A stretch of 64,000 nucleotides of DNA from Camelus ferus (Eukaryota). The notes under the pieces are model-generated. The model had not been told where the DNA came from. It was given only the letters and a program-made list of their open reading frames with translations, and ran no database searches. Where the stretch lies: contig NC_045697.1 of NCBI RefSeq assembly GCF_009834535.1, positions 84,756,001 through 84,820,000 on the forward strand, given 5' to 3'. The position numbers and the translations under genes are program-made. Every line of letters begins with the position of its first letter. The first letter of the stretch is position 1. Below are positions 24,506 through 39,059 of the stretch, in pieces.

Positions 24506-27500
24506 TAATGAGAAGAATAAATTGAGGAGGCCAAAGGGAAGGAACAGGGAAGCTGAGAAGAGATAAAGTTCAAGGTGATTAATGCACTTAATTATTTTTG
24601 TTTATTTTTGTTATTTAAGTTCTCTATTGAAATGTCCATTGGATTCTGATATTTTTCCTAAGATACATTTGAAACTATGATCATGATAATTAAGTCTTAA
24701 TAAAAAATGACCTATGCTAGGAGATATGGATATTTAAAAATTAGAGCAATATTTTTTGTCTTACAGCAGTTTCCAGCCTGATTGGGGAGAGAATATATGT
24801 GCACTTAAATACACAAACCACACAGGCTCACACATATGCAGATGAATTCACTGAATAGCAAGTAATCCTTAAAAATAACAAGTGTTTATTGAGGTTTGGA
24901 AGAGGCATAATCAGCAAAGGCATCTCGAAGGAGATGTGCATTGAAAGGTACGGTGCAGTTGTTTCAGTAAAAGGGAAAAGAGAGCAGGCGAGAGCCATGT
25001 ATAAACTTACAGAGAGAGAGAACTGCAATGTGTAAAGTACTTTCGGTTTTTCAAAAAACCTGTTTTATAGGAGCAGTGGAAGAGTCAAGGCCACATTCTA
25101 GAGCAGTGGTCTTTAAGTTCTTCACTGGTAATTATCTCATAAATAGTGAGAATTATGGTTACTTTTTGAATAGGTGAGCCCATGAACTCATCAATGGTTA
25201 GGCTCTTTTTAAAATTAACTCTTGAGTGTACCTAGATGTGCATAGCATAAGGAACACTCTTATAAGTGAAACTTTTAAGAATCCATTCACTGTTGATTCC
25301 AGAAAAATTGTTATGTATTTAAATGCTACTGGTTACTAATTTATATAGAATTAATATTATAATATGGCTTTTATACTTTTTAAGGCACAAAGTCAGTGAT
25401 GTCAGTGTCCACTATGTGTTCTGTACTTATTCAAGGGTAAACTTCTTAGCATAATTTTTCGATGATAACGGTCAAAATGAAATAGATAGCATACAAGCAA
25501 TATTATCAGAACTGCATAATCTTCCTTTAATATTTACTTTCAAGTATTCAGTGATTTACTACTTAGTACCATCATTCAATATCCATCCCTGAGCTCCTTT
25601 TATAGTAATGAACTAACTAATTACTTCAAAACCTAGATTAAGTCAGGGACTTAGCTAGGTGCTGAGGATTCAGACGTGAATCAGGGCTTGACCCCAAAGA
25701 GACAAGTACCTTGATTAAGCATAAGATGTAATGAATTCATGGAAGAATGAACGAGGGAATGAATGGCTGTTCTACCACATGGTTGGACCATGAAGTCACT
25801 GGGGTTGGGTAGTTGACAGAGTTCGTCTGTTACTTCTCCTCACACCCAGAGAAACAAGACACTTCCTGACCTCCACAGTTACCTATCTGCAGTTTGAAGG
25901 TACTGCTTCATCCTGTCATCTCAGCATGGCAAAATTATAGCCATTTCTCAGCGAGCTCTCCATTTGTGCCCACTCCAAGGATCTTGGCCACCAAACCTTT
26001 CTACTTCAAGGAGTATCCTCTGTAGGAGACAGATGATAAAAACCACAGAAAAATTTAGCAGACTCCAAAGAATGGAGGGAGGAGTTTAAAGAAGATTTTC
26101 CCATTTCCCACTGAGAGTCTTAGGAGGCAGTTTAGTGGGTCTAAGCAGAGAGGGCTGAGAGAGTCCCAGAGTCCTCTTCACATGTGGAAGCGAGTATGAG
26201 ATGCCTATGGATGGGGGTGATATGGACTATGAATGTGGCACTGTTGAGAAAGACTATGGGGGAATTTTTGACATCCCAGTGAGTGCCAGTGAATTTTGAT
26301 GACCAAAAACCATGACACATTTTTTTTTATTATTTTCTTTTAATGTGTGACTGAATGTATAGCTTGAAAACATTATAACTAGTAGATAGATCAAATATCT
26401 CCTCCATCAGCCTTCTCTGTTAGAAAATTATCTCTATATCCTTTTTCATGTCTACAGCTTGTTTAAATCTTTCTCGTGGCACTTTTTTGGGGGGAGTGTA
26501 CTAAAGTAACTGTGTCACTTCGTTTTTATGAGATTGCAGTCTTCTTGTCCAATTGTGTCACACTTGTTATATCCTCCTCCCTTGCAGGACCTAACACAAT
26601 GTTTTCTACTTCTCACATAGTCGATACTTGGTACATAATATGTTATGAAATTAACTGAATTGCGTAGAAAAATACCATTTAGTTTATATTCTCGAGAAGA
26701 AACTTTTGTACACCACACTGGTAGGACAAGACATTATCACATTGCTCTTCTTTCTCATGTATTTGAGTGGATTCTCACATGAACATTTAACCGAAGGAAC
26801 GGGAATATTAGCAATATTCTGTTGGCTACAGAATGATAGTTTTGCAGAGAATTTAGCCTGAGTTTTGTAAAGTGGATGAGGCAGTCTTGTGGCTCCATGT
26901 GGGTATTCATTATGTCTTCAGAATGCGATTTTTCTTCTCCATCATTACAAATATAAGTCTCTAATGGTAGGGCACTATTTTATAGAATATGTAGACCTTC
27001 CATGAAGATTTAAATTTTCACTCATAAAAAAATTTGTAAGGAAAAACCCTGGCTATGATTCCTAAATAAACATTAAGAAAGTGAACAGAGAAACTTCAGA
27101 ATGAAATCTGTAATTCTAAGAATTTTCTTCTTATCTTGATCCTAGCTTCATTACAGTAGTATTTGTCTTTCCTTTGTGATTTTTTATTTTATTTCATTTT
27201 CATAAAATTGACATTGTCTAATTTATTCATTCCTGTTATGAGACTTGAAAAGTCAGTGGACTGCTGATTTAAGCTTTCCTTATTTTGGTCACCAGCATCT
27301 CTGTGAGTCTGTATAAGGCTGTCCCACAAACCAGCTACCTCATACTGAAAAAGATGAGCTATTGATTCTTTCACGTATATTGTAAAATGTTAAAACAGTT
27401 TTGTTTGTAATTAAAGGTGGTGATAACTATGTGGATGTGATTATGAAATAGGTATTAGCCTGAGAAGACAGAAACTACCCACCCTATTAAAAATAATTTT

Positions 27501-29289
27501 GTGTCTCAAATTGTGAACCATACATAATGACCATGAAATCCAAGTTATATTTTTACAATAAATGTATGACTTTAAGAAGAAATATCTTTTTATCTAATTA
27601 AAGTATATGACAAACCAGAACTTTATAATCTGGAACTAAAAGCCTTAATGTTTGAAATTTTATATAAATTAATATATTTTATGTAAACATATAAATTTAT
27701 TATATATATTTTATATTTATAAATATGTAAAACATATTTATTTTTCAAAGTATTTGCATTTTAGCACCACCTAATACTTTGGAGTTAGCAATAACTTCTT
27801 TAAATACGAAAACAAATAGAACAACAACACAAAAACTCCCCAGCCTGAAAATGCATTGGCCGTTTACATACTTATTTCAGTCTCTCTAAACCTGTATTCC
27901 ACAGCATCAGGCTAAACAAGACAAATACTTCGGTGGAAGAAAATATCTTTGCATGTTTTTATAAATTTATGTTCCCATTAATACAGAAACACTAGGAACA
28001 GAGTATATTTTAAATTTCTCTTAGGATCACAGCTATATTTTTCTTCTTATAGCTAATGGTAAGATTTAATCACTATTGGGAACTGAAGTCTATGAAGGAG
28101 AAAAAATAGTTCTTCAATGACCAAATGTGACTTTCAGAAATCACACTTGGTGATTAATGGGATTAATCTTGCATTTAAATGGAATCAGAAAAGAAGAAAG
28201 CAAGAGCACCTTACCTCTTCTTTTGAGCTGTATTTCACACCACAGATGCTAATGTCAAACAAAGAGTAGAGAGCCATGTGAAAAAACCGTAAGGGGTAAT
28301 TCAGTACAGAAACTTACATGGAATTATTTTCCATTAACTAATCAAAATCTTCATTAATGTAAATGAAATCTATTTTAACTTCACAGAATGTCGTTGATTC
28401 TTTAAGCAACCTGAAAGAATAAAGAACAAATGTATAAGAATAGTAATATGATGGTAATGTATAATAATTACACATAGACCTAATTGCACAATATCGTACA
28501 AAGTGTAATCAGTACTGTGAAGAGCAATTGAGTCATCACTAAAAATTCTTAGGTGTTTCCTTCATGGTCCAGTGAAATAGAGCAAATGCACATTTTATAC
28601 CAATGTCAGTCATCACTTTAAAATTGATTTTAAGTTTATCCTTACTGAGTAAAACATTATCTATTGTTGATTTCAAATAAATATGGAAATCCTTTGATCA
28701 TTTTGTTACTTAGGACGTGCTTAAAGTACACACTGTAGCCTTCCCCAACTCAACCTGATGCTTCTTTCCCCTTACATATAAACTAAAATGTCCTTTGAGT
28801 AAAGTTCTTCCTTAGCTGATGTCTCTTTTTGTTGTTATATCCTAGAGATATGCTAATTCCAGAAAAAAAAATGAGACAAGAATCTTAATCACTGAATCAC
28901 AAAGTCTTTTATAAATAGAGTTGAATAACCTCCAGGTATCTTCTTTAGTCTTGTAAATTAATGTAGTGAAATTTCAGACAATAGATATTTTTCCCTTTAA
29001 TGAAGTCATTTTACCTTTTTTGAGGTTTACAAATACCCAGCTAAACAAAATAATGAGTCTTCTTCTTTTTTTTTGGTACTCCAGTAGTACTGAAAGTAAA
29101 CAACAGCCTCCTTGCTGAGCAGTCTATGTACCTCCAGCTTTCTAGGCGTATCTCATTTAAATGATCCCTTGTCTCCCATGAACATGCACATTGGTAGTCT
29201 CTTTACATGGCTGGGCCAGTGGCATCTGTAATGTAGGCGGCGGAGAAATATTGTTGTTTGTCACCACCTCTCACAGTTTCCTGAGAATC

Positions 29290-29410
29290 TTGGTAAGCTA
29301 CAGCTTCCAATTCAGCCGGGCTGGAGGGTGGGGCCCGAGAGTCCCTATTTCTAAGCAGCCTCAGGTGAGCCGGTGGCTGCTGGTCCACTGGGCCTGACTT
29401 TGTTTGCTGA
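29290..29410. mobile_element. MER5A-like hAT element
   Basis: attcagccgggctggagggtgggcccgaga...atttctaa...caggtga...gctgctggtcc. Confidence 0.65.
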
Positions 29411-31699
29411 GCAGGCTCTGTGTGATGTATTTTCATCTTTTCTCTTCATTAAGTGAAAGCTCTTGAGGAGAGAGCTAGCCTATCTTTATGTTTTCCCAGC
29501 AGGGCCAAGCACAGCATTCGGCATCTAGTGGGTGCTCAATAAATGTTTCCTGCTTGTCAGAAAATGAGCAAGAGTAGACCCGTTGTGCTCTGGTGACCCA
29601 ACTTTGGTTTCCTTTCAGAGTGCATAAAAAGCAAGTGGCCCTTTTCTCAAACTGGAAGTGGATAGGGCACAACTCTGAATAGTATTGCTCGAGAATAGAA
29701 AGTGGAAATACTGGAAGTCACAGAACAGATGACAAATTTACTGTTGGCTATCCTCTGCCTTCCTTGTCTAGGTGGAATATGTTCTGAGACCGGTGCCCTC
29801 TTCAGCTCATGGAAATAAAAGCACCGCATGGCACAAAGCACCGGAGTCATAGCCTCTTCAAGGCAAGGTAAGGTAAACAGGAGGCTGAGGATAAGGCTTG
29901 AGTGTTCCCTCTAATTTGGAAGCATCATGGATATTCATGCAGAACTCCACATGTATTGCTTTGACCTATTCCTCTTCTTTTCTAAGAAATGGTTTGTCTC
30001 TGAGGCAATTTATCCACAGGTTTTTCTTTTTTTCCCATAGTTGCTCCTAAGCATTTTGAAAAGTCAGCATACTGAAAAGTCAAAAGTGTGTGGCTCTTTT
30101 GATTTGCTCTTAGATCACTAGGCATCCATTTTCAAATGAGCAAAATGAAGCCATCCTGTGGGACACGTGGACAGATTGACTTTCCTGTGCGAGGGACAGT
30201 TAACTCTGCTTAACATGGAGACAGTCTTTTACACACTCTGTGCTTAAAAAATCATTGTTGCTTTAATTTTTTCCCTAGTATTCTGTATAAGTAATGGCTT
30301 AGCTAAATGAGAAGAATGGTTGAAAGCATTTAGCATAAAATCAAAAAACAGAGAGATTAAATGACCTTCCGAAGGCCAGCACACTAGTCATTGACAAATA
30401 TGCACCAGGTCTCATCTCACATCCCCAAGTTGCTTTAGCACGTTAGCTCATTCTTTCTTCCTAGACATCTTCTTTTCCAGGAAGTAGTGAAGGACTATAA
30501 AGCTTCTGAAAGTAAGAAATATATTTTATTGTCAGACCTAAGACTAGAAAAGCAATGGTTATACTGTTAAAAACATTACAACTTATAGCAGAGTTTAAAA
30601 TTGACTTTTTGCTATGTTTAGACCCCCTAGAAGATAATGGTAAGTCATTCTTCTTTAGAAATATCATCATCATCTGTGGACAGAAAATAGATCTCCATTT
30701 TAAAGAATAGCTCCCTGTAGGATTTGCCGAGTTTTCTATAGCTAGAGTTACTAAGCAAAATACATGATGTCTCAGAACATTCTGTTGTCTTTGGTTTCAA
30801 ATAATGTATTTTGTTATGTTTTTTCATTCCTGGCTACCATAAGTGGCAGAAAGAAAACCTCTCTTCAAAATCTAGTGTCTGGAAAACAAATATTTGTGTA
30901 TCTTGAGCTCAGTGTAAATTCAGGGTACAAGATAGCTTTCTTGGCTTCAGGTACTTTCCCAATGCTTATCTCTATTAAATATGAATGATTTGAAAACATA
31001 AAGTCTCTGAGAAGGTTAATGTCATGGGCTAAAAAGAATGGAATCACAAAACCTGAAACAGTTTTCTGTTAATGGAGCTCTTTCTCAGAAACTTGCTTTG
31101 TCTTACCAGCTTCCTTTCTTTAACCATTCAACCCTGGCAATACTAATGCCAAGTGTTCTTTTCATTATTGCTTTAAATGGGGAAAACAAAGGACAGAAAG
31201 CTTAATGAACTGGTCTTTTTAGAAAAAGCTTTTCTAGAAACCATTGTTTGAAAAGTAATATGAACTATGCAGGAGACAAAACTGACTTTAATGTGTTATG
31301 CATTAATCTGTTAAAAATACAGTATATTTAATAGTGGAATGTTGCTGGCGTATATCTCCAGATGGTGGATCATTGATGTTTTAATTTTATATTTCTTCTA
31401 TACATTTTCTTCAATCAACATTCATTACCTTTGTAATAAAAATAAATGGTTTATAAAAGACTAAACTATATACGTAGTTCTAAATTATCCAAAATTATAT
31501 TAAGAAACAGTGTTGCATAAGTTTCGAGTTGTACATAAGAAATGTCTTGAGAGGCAACCTGAGTACATTAAATCATAGCTTTGGTACAGCCCCTGCAGTT
31601 GAAGGGTAAATATCTCCTTCTCTCCTATTCACCTCCCTGTCCCAGCTCATCGCTAAATGTGTTAGGGCTGTGTGTCTGGTCAGCAGCCTTAAGCCTAAG

Positions 31700-32260
31700 C
31701 AGAGTGGAGCTTTTGCCTTATTCTTAATCCTCACCACTCTCTTCCGGAACTTCATCACCAGGCTGGCTCACTTCCTCAGTCTCCCTCACAATTACTGCCC
31801 TGTCCTACAAACTCACTTCCCTGCCTCTAGGCTCTCACCCCATCAACACATCTCTGTTACATCGCCAGGCTGATCTTCTCCAAATATTTCTTAACCATGT
31901 CACACTTCTGTTAAGGAACCCCACAAAGCCTCTATTTCTTATTTTCTGTTATTCCAAGTTTAAATCCTTTTCATGTTCTGTAGCTATGCTATAATTGGTT
32001 ACCAAACCATGTCTCTGAGTTCATTTTCTGCTGTTCACCATGTCTCAGTTGTAGTTAGTTAACTCGCCTCTCACTTTCCCAAATGAATCAGGCACAGTTC
32101 CATGTATCACCCCTTATCTGTGTGTTCTGCTGTATAGGAATGCCTTCCTCTTTTCAATGTATTCAGATACTAATGACCTTTCAATCTGGCCCAAGTCCCA
32201 TATTCTCCGTGAAGCCTGATGGACAAGTCAGCCTGCAGAGATTTCTCTTCTACTGACTCT
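31700..32260 (+). mobile_element. L2 LINE fragment
   Basis: Pyrimidine-rich L2 3' region: ccctgcctctagg...tgatcttct...catgtcacacttctg...ggaatgccttcc. Confidence 0.6.
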
Positions 32261-32621
32261 CACTTGCTCATATGAAGATAAAACTATATTCAAAGCAAGA
32301 ACTGACTGTAACCACTTCTCATATACGAGGCAAGTGGCATTTTCATATAGGGGAAATAATTCCTTTTTTTAGGGGAAAAAACTTGATGGACTCTTTGGGA
32401 ATAGTGTGGCTTCCCTGCAGGATGGATTACTGAAGGAGAGCCAAATTGTTCTTCAAATTAAGGGTGTGTATGAGAGAGTAGGAAGCTTAGAAATACTGGA
32501 GAAGAAGAGATGACCCGGGAGTCTGAGACAATGTAGCTACGTTAATATCTCTAGGGAAGCATGGACAATGAGAAGTTTACCCACGCCTGGGACTGGCTGA
32601 AGAATATAAATACCTAGTTTT

Positions 32622-32925
32622 ATTTTTAAATTTTTTAATTGAAATATGGTCAGTTTACAATGTTGTGTCAGTTTCTGGTGTACAGCATAATGCTTCAGTC
32701 ATACGTGAACATACATACATTCGTCTTCATATCCTTTTTCACCATTAAGTTACTACAAGATACTGAATATAGTTCCCTGTGCTATACAGAAGAAACTTGT
32801 TGTTTATCTATTTTTAAATACAGTAGTTAGTATCTGCAAATCTTGAACTTCCAATTTATCCCTTTCTACCCCCTTTCCCCACCAGTAACCATAAGTTTGT
32901 TTTCTATGTCTTTGAGTCTGCTTCT
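32622..32925 (-). mobile_element. Young 5'-truncated L1 3' end, camelid type, with a 15-bp TSD
   Basis: ttgaaatatggtcagtttacaatgttgtgtc...gtacagcataatg...atatagttccctgtgctatacagaagaa. TSD taaata(cc/tg)tagtttt at 32607-32621 and 32926-32940. Confidence 0.85.
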
Positions 32926-35389
32926 TAAATATGTAGTTTTAAATTAATGTCTGTCCTGTGCTGAAAGCCCCACCTTCCACTATGCTAAATCTTCAGTAAC
33001 ACTCTGTTCTGTGTCAGTGGTGTTCTGGAGGAGTGAAGGACTCAGAGCAATGGCCAGTGGGGACTGGAGCTGTGCAGACCTAGGGCAGCAGCTACGGAAG
33101 TGAGATGCCAAGTGCAAACTGCTAAAGAATAGAATCGGGAGACTGAAACAAAAGGACACTAGGAGAAATGCCTCACCAATAATTCTCAGCTATTGGATGG
33201 TTACTGGGTTTTTCATAATACATGAGAAAAAGCAACCTTATTATATGTAAATATTAAAGGGAAGGGGATACCATAGAGTTCGGGATCTCTAGGTAGCTGT
33301 CTTTGGGGAGTCACTCAATTTTGAGCCAACTGTAATTCATCTGTTAAGTCTGTGATAATTTCAGATCTGTAAACATTTTCTCCACAGATTATAATTTGAG
33401 GGAACAAATACCTCTTAAACAGTCTTTTACATCTTCACAATTACTACCTTGGGACAGGTACTTAATAAATTCTTGTTGGATTGTAATTAAATTAAGTTGA
33501 ATTAAGAGACTAATATCTTCATAATTACAAGAAAGCTCATCGAATATTATTGCCAATGTAAAAATGTTGTGTGTCAAGTCAACAGTATGGCATGTATACT
33601 GACTTTTTTAAGACTTTCAGAAAATTTATGTTGAAATTTGTCTAGAAAGATAAATGAAACTATATTATCAGAATTCATATCAAATAGACTGATCAGAAAA
33701 TGTTTTCCCTGTACTTAATAATCACAGGGATTTGCATTTCTAGCTGTTAGGATTATGGTTCATAGTGTTTGAATAAATCATGAATGACGATTCTTTTAAT
33801 GTTGTCTTTCTCTGTATGCTATACAACCAGATAAGTTATATAAGGAAGGGGGAAAGGTTATTTTTTCAACTTATGGTCTATATTTGTTTTGGCTATAATA
33901 AATTAAGTCAAGATATGTGTAAACACTATGTAGTCATTTAAGATATTTAAAGGCTTGTAATTCCTATCATTAAGAAGACAACCTTTCATTTTTAAACTGC
34001 AATTTAGGGTAGGAAGCTAATATACATAATTTTATATACTTAATAAAAATTGCATGGTATAACTTTTATCCAGCTCCAAGAGGCAGTCTCAGTGAGTACA
34101 CATCTGTTAGTGAGATCACTTTCAAACCTTCAGAAAGTGAAATCATAACTGAAAATAGTTTGGGAAAGCTTTATTCTTAGAGTCTGATGGAAGAAACGTC
34201 ATGTTCTTTAAGTTTAAATCCTTTTATCCTTGTGGACTCTAAACTTGGCTTAATTGGAAAAAGTGGAGACTTTTTGTAGAAACTAGTCTGATGGGCGAGT
34301 CTGGGAAGTCAGGTGTGGTGGAGATAACAGGCTTTAGACAGTTGTGCTTATGGATGTTGGAGTGAGGCACAATTGTCATTCTCAGATGATTCAAAAAGTA
34401 ATCCTTCTCAGAAAATTCCATTTGAATGTGATGTCTGTTATATTTTGGGTACAACCAATGCATTCCCTGGAACTTTATATAGATGTAATTCATATAAAAT
34501 GCTCAAAAAATATCATCCACCCATTTTTTTGTTATCTGCAAATAGACAGTCATGTTGTGTTGAGGAGAACAAACTGTCAAAATACAAAAATATTAATTAG
34601 TAATTAAGCACCAAGAAAATTAATGCACACTCAAGTATCCCCCCTTTTGTAACACCAGTACTGATGTCAGTCAGCATCTTGTCATATGATCAGTCAGGGC
34701 CTTGAAGATTATCAGATGCTCATGTTATCCAACAACACAGCTCAGTGTGATTGAAGAGCGCGAGTGCAAGAGTCAAGCTTTACCGAGTGACCTGGGGACA
34801 CTGCTTGTCTCTCATACACAGCCATCAAAATGGGAGGCTTATGTCAGAGGAGAGAAGCAACATGGTTTGTACGTGATGGGCTTTCAATACGGAATGATTT
34901 GAGAACGAACAGCTTAAGGGGTGAATCTGGAAAACAAAAAGGAGCCTCTTTGATTTTGTGATATGAAATTCAAATTTGAAGAGTAGAATGTGCCATAGCA
35001 CGGTTTTCTTAGAAAAATTATTTCTTGCACAGATCAGTGAACATTTGATTCATTGTTGATTTGCTCTGAAAGTTAGTGCAAAATGGCAATTATAGCATGA
35101 ATTATAAAGATGCAAATTAAATCAACTGATTTCCATAATTCATAGTTTTAGTTTTCAAGACTAAAAGATAATTGACCTCTTTCCATAATGTCATATAAAA
35201 TTCTTCGTCCTTATTTCAGATGGACTCACTTAAAATGATCTTTTTTCATAGTTGCAGTTATCCTTGAATTTACTCTTGCACTTTTTCTGTTTTAGCTTCT
35301 TTCTTAGACATTGTTAAGATAAATATTAAAGAACACTATTAAAAAGAAATAAAACAACTTCTTGTTTAAAAAGGTAGCATGTTACATAT

Positions 35390-35560
35390 TCTTTACAATT
35401 CCTCCTTTTCACATATTACTTTGTATCGTTCTCACACCAACCAAGTGTGGCTGGCCTTGCTTGTCTTCCCCTTCTACAGATGGACATACACAGAGAGGAA
35501 CTCGCTAGTGATTTGTGGAGCTGGCATTTGAACCTAGATCTTGACACTGCAGAGCAGTGT
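35390..35560 (-). mobile_element. MIR SINE
   Basis: tacagatggaca...gctagtg...ggagctggcatttgaacctag. Confidence 0.65.
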
Positions 35561-35801
35561 GGTGTGTGACCTCAAGGAGACACAGCTAAGTGTAAGGAGG
35601 CAGACACAAAAACAGACAATTAAAGTGCATGATCATGTAATAATGCAAATATATAAAAGAAGCAGTGATAATCCAGAGGAGTTATGGGCAAGATTTTACA
35701 GAAATGATGCTTGAACTGAGTTTTGAAGGAAGACTAAGACCATTTTTAGGACCACAGTTTTCTTACTCCTCCCACAAAACTTTGAAATCGTATTGAAGTC
35801 C

Positions 35802-36273
35802 TGTAGTAGATGGATTGCGTTCATGCCCCAATTAATGGCCTCCCTGTGTTCCTATCCATTGTTCTGTAACTTTGTGGTCCCCTCCCACTCTGAGTGTGGG
35901 CTTCATCATGTGATTTTCTTTGGCCAATGAGACCAGTATCATGCAGACAGAGTTTCAAAACACAGGTACATTTCTGCTCACATGCTTACGTTTTGCCTTC
36001 ACCTTGAGGCTATGCCTGCACCAGCCTGCTAGAGGATGAGAAGGTAGAAAGAGCAAGTCAGCCTTGTCGTCCCAGCTAGGGCCCCAGATGTATGACTGCC
36101 CAGCCAAGATCAGCAGATGCCTGAATCAGGACCTCTTCCCTTTCACCAGTGCAGCTCAGATGGTGGACCTATCGAGCCAACCCTTGAACACTTGAGTGAA
36201 AATAAATGTTTACTGTTGTATGTCACTGAGGTTTTGTTACACTGGATTACCGTGGTAAGAGATAACAGATATA
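35802..36273 (+). mobile_element. MLT1H-like LTR adjoining L2
   Basis: tgtagtagatgg...ctcccactctga...catgtgattttctttggccaatg...aataaatgtttactg...agataacagatata. Confidence 0.75.
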
Positions 36274-36279
36274 ATTCTT

Positions 36280-36930
36280 GTCTATACCTCATCTCCTAAA
36301 TCCAAGTTAGTAGCCCAGTGATATCCATTGTACCTCTGTGGTATCATTCTCATTCATAATTCTTTCCCTTTCAATTATCATTGCAACTGCCCTAGATTGA
36401 TTCCTCATTGCCTGTGCCCTGAACTACTATAATAGCTTAGTAACTGGTCTCCTTGCCTCCAAATCTTTCTCCTCTTCAACCTCTTCTACAAAAAAGAATT
36501 TTGTGTTTTTCTTCTTTTTTTTGCTTGTTTTTAAATAGTCCTAGTGTTACCACTGGCCTCCTCCAAGGCCTTCAGTGATTTCCTTATTTCCTTAAGAGTG
36601 AACTCCTCTGCCTGGCATTCAAACCCTCCACACCCATCTAGTCGCAAACTTCCTTCTACTGTACCTGTTCTGTTCTCCTTTCCTCTTACCACGCTGTGCT
36701 TCTCCTATTTGGTATCCCACATCCATCCAATTGAAGGTCCCTTCATCTAGAATGCCCTGCTCCCTGTTTCCAGATGTCTGAACCCCGCCGTTCCTACATA
36801 ATCTAGATCCTGTGTCTTTGCCCTAGGAAGCTTTTCCTGATTCCCAATTCTCATCTTCCTTACATTTTTATACCACTTTTAGGATCCTTAGCACTCCCTT
36901 TTTGCCACAGTCATTTGTGTGTAGGACTTG
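36280..36930 (+). mobile_element. L2 LINE fragment
   Basis: ctgaactactataatagc...taactggtctccttgcctcc...cctggcattcaa...ctagaatgccct. Confidence 0.75.
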
Positions 36931-36937
36931 TACATCC

Positions 36938-37366
36938 ACAGCATCAGTTTCCTAGGGCTGCCATAGCAAAGAGCCACAAATGGGGTGCCTTAGAACAGCA
37001 GAAACATATTCTTTCACAGTCCTGGAGGCCATGCTTCCCCTACAAAGCCCTAGGGGAGGGGCCTTTCTTGCCTCTTCCAGCTTTTGACAGAGACAGCTCC
37101 AGGTGTTCCTTGGTTAGTGGCAGCAGAACTCCAATCTCTGCCTCTGTCTTCACATGGCGTTCTCCCTGTGTGTGAGTCTGAACTTCCCTCTTCTCGCAAG
37201 GACATCAGTCTTACTGGATTAGTGTTCACCCTAATGGCTTCATCTTATATTGATTGCATCTTCCAAACTCCTATTTCCAAGTAAAACTGCATTCCCAGGT
37301 ACCAGGGGTTAAGATATTAATATATCTTTTGGTGGGGGGTGCGGGGACACAGTTCAGCTCATATAC
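36938..37366 (-). mobile_element. MLT1B/C-like LTR
   Basis: atcagtttcctagggctgccatagcaaa...tctctgcctctgtcttcacatggcgttctccc...ggggacacagttca. Confidence 0.85.
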
Positions 37367-38369
37367 TTGGTATATTTGAGGGCAAGCATGGTACCTTAGT
37401 ACCATTCTGTCTAGTAAAGCAACCCCAGGGCTCGGACAATATCTTCTTCATTTTGTATCTTTTTTGCACATAACATTTTCTCATTGTTCAGCTTTCTGCT
37501 GAAATGAATCAAATCGTTTAAACTTATAAGGAAAGATCATTAAAAAATTTCTGAGGCTGCCAAGAAAGATTTATCAAGCAACAATTGTGTGGGTGGAGAA
37601 TTACAAAGCCTCAAACGTGGGGGTGATTATTAATCAACACGTTTTTAAGAATCTCAGTTTGGCAGAGAAGAGTCCCAAACACACCACCAGAGACTGCTAA
37701 ATTCAATCTGAGGAGATATGAGTGAGGGAAGAAAATAATTATCAGTTGAGTGTACTCTCAGATAAGCTAATAAACTGGCTAATTTGGAAAATTAGTATGA
37801 AACTATTGTGTTATCTTCAGTTTTTAAGTAGTGAACTTTTTAAGGAGAACATTGAAGTCTGTCATTTCCCGAATAGGCTTATTGGCGATCAGAGATTGGG
37901 GTGATAAAACCCAAAATGTCCAGCATTAGGTGGTTTACCTTAATGTTAAAGTTAAGGGATGGGAGGGCTCGCTCATCTTTTCAGTCAAGTTATCCTCTTG
38001 TAAAGAACAGTTGTGGCACCATCTCGGCAGGCAAAGGTCAAGAAAATTGTGTCTAGATGTCACAAGACAAATCAGGGTAAGTGCGTACGTATTTACCGTA
38101 TCCCAGACTGCCACCACGGTAGGTCAGTGGCTGCTCCACAGGAGGCAGTTAGTGCAGGGGTGGCGCTGAAGAGCGCGACACAGTAGTTTTCTCACCACGC
38201 AGGGCCTTGGCTGACAGAATTAAGTTTGCTTCCACTCACCAGTTGGACTTCTGGCTCTCCTTAACCAGCTTGTTAATGGGAGTTTTTTTTTTTTGTTGTT
38301 GAAAGAAGACTAAGTAGAGGAGTGAATGAATGACGTGTGAAGCTAGAAATTGTAAAGAAAAAACAACAC

Positions 38370-38610
38370 AGTTTAGAGGGGAGACCACAGGTTTAGGCTC
38401 GTGTTTGGGTCTGGGATCTGCCACTTATAAACCACAACTATGAGCAAGTTCCTGGGTCTTTCTGAGCCCCAATTTTCTCATTTATAGACTGGGGGTAGCA
38501 CTACCTTATGGGGATGTCATTAGAATTAAGTGAAAATATGCATTTAAAATACTTAACATTTGAAGGCATAAAATAAATGCTAACTACTGTTACTGTTATT
38601 ATTCTATTGA
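38370..38610 (+). mobile_element. MIR SINE
   Basis: tctgccactta...gcaagtt...tctgagccccaattttctcatttata. Confidence 0.8.
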
Positions 38611-39059
38611 GAAGCGTATTTGAACAATGGTGACATTTCTTCATAATTTAGGTCCATATTTCAGAGTGAACAAGGCATGATGATTGATATTTACTGGTTT
38701 GACTTGCAAGGTAGAGATGGCTTTTTACTTGCACTGATAATGAATTGAATGGATATTTGGTCCTTCAAGTTTAAAAAATAAAGTAATAATATTGAAACCA
38801 TAGAAGTGAATCCTAGAAGCAACAAGAGGTACAATTTCAAATTATGCAAGATCATAAATGAGAAGACTAGTAATTACTTAGGTGGTGCTTACTGTGTGTC
38901 AGACTCTGCTCCTAAGACCCTTTCATACAGTAACTCACTCAAGTTAAGCAACAGCTTAATTAATTTAATATCCAACTCCCAGGGAATTCTAGCAAATACA
39001 TTTGATGAGTTGGGGTCTGTGTCTGTTCAACCTGGAAGCTTGCACCTAGATCTGCGGTT

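Noticed and set aside
27640..27750. Quasi-palindromic AT-rich stretch
   Set aside because: Low-complexity TA-rich DNA is self-complementary by composition.
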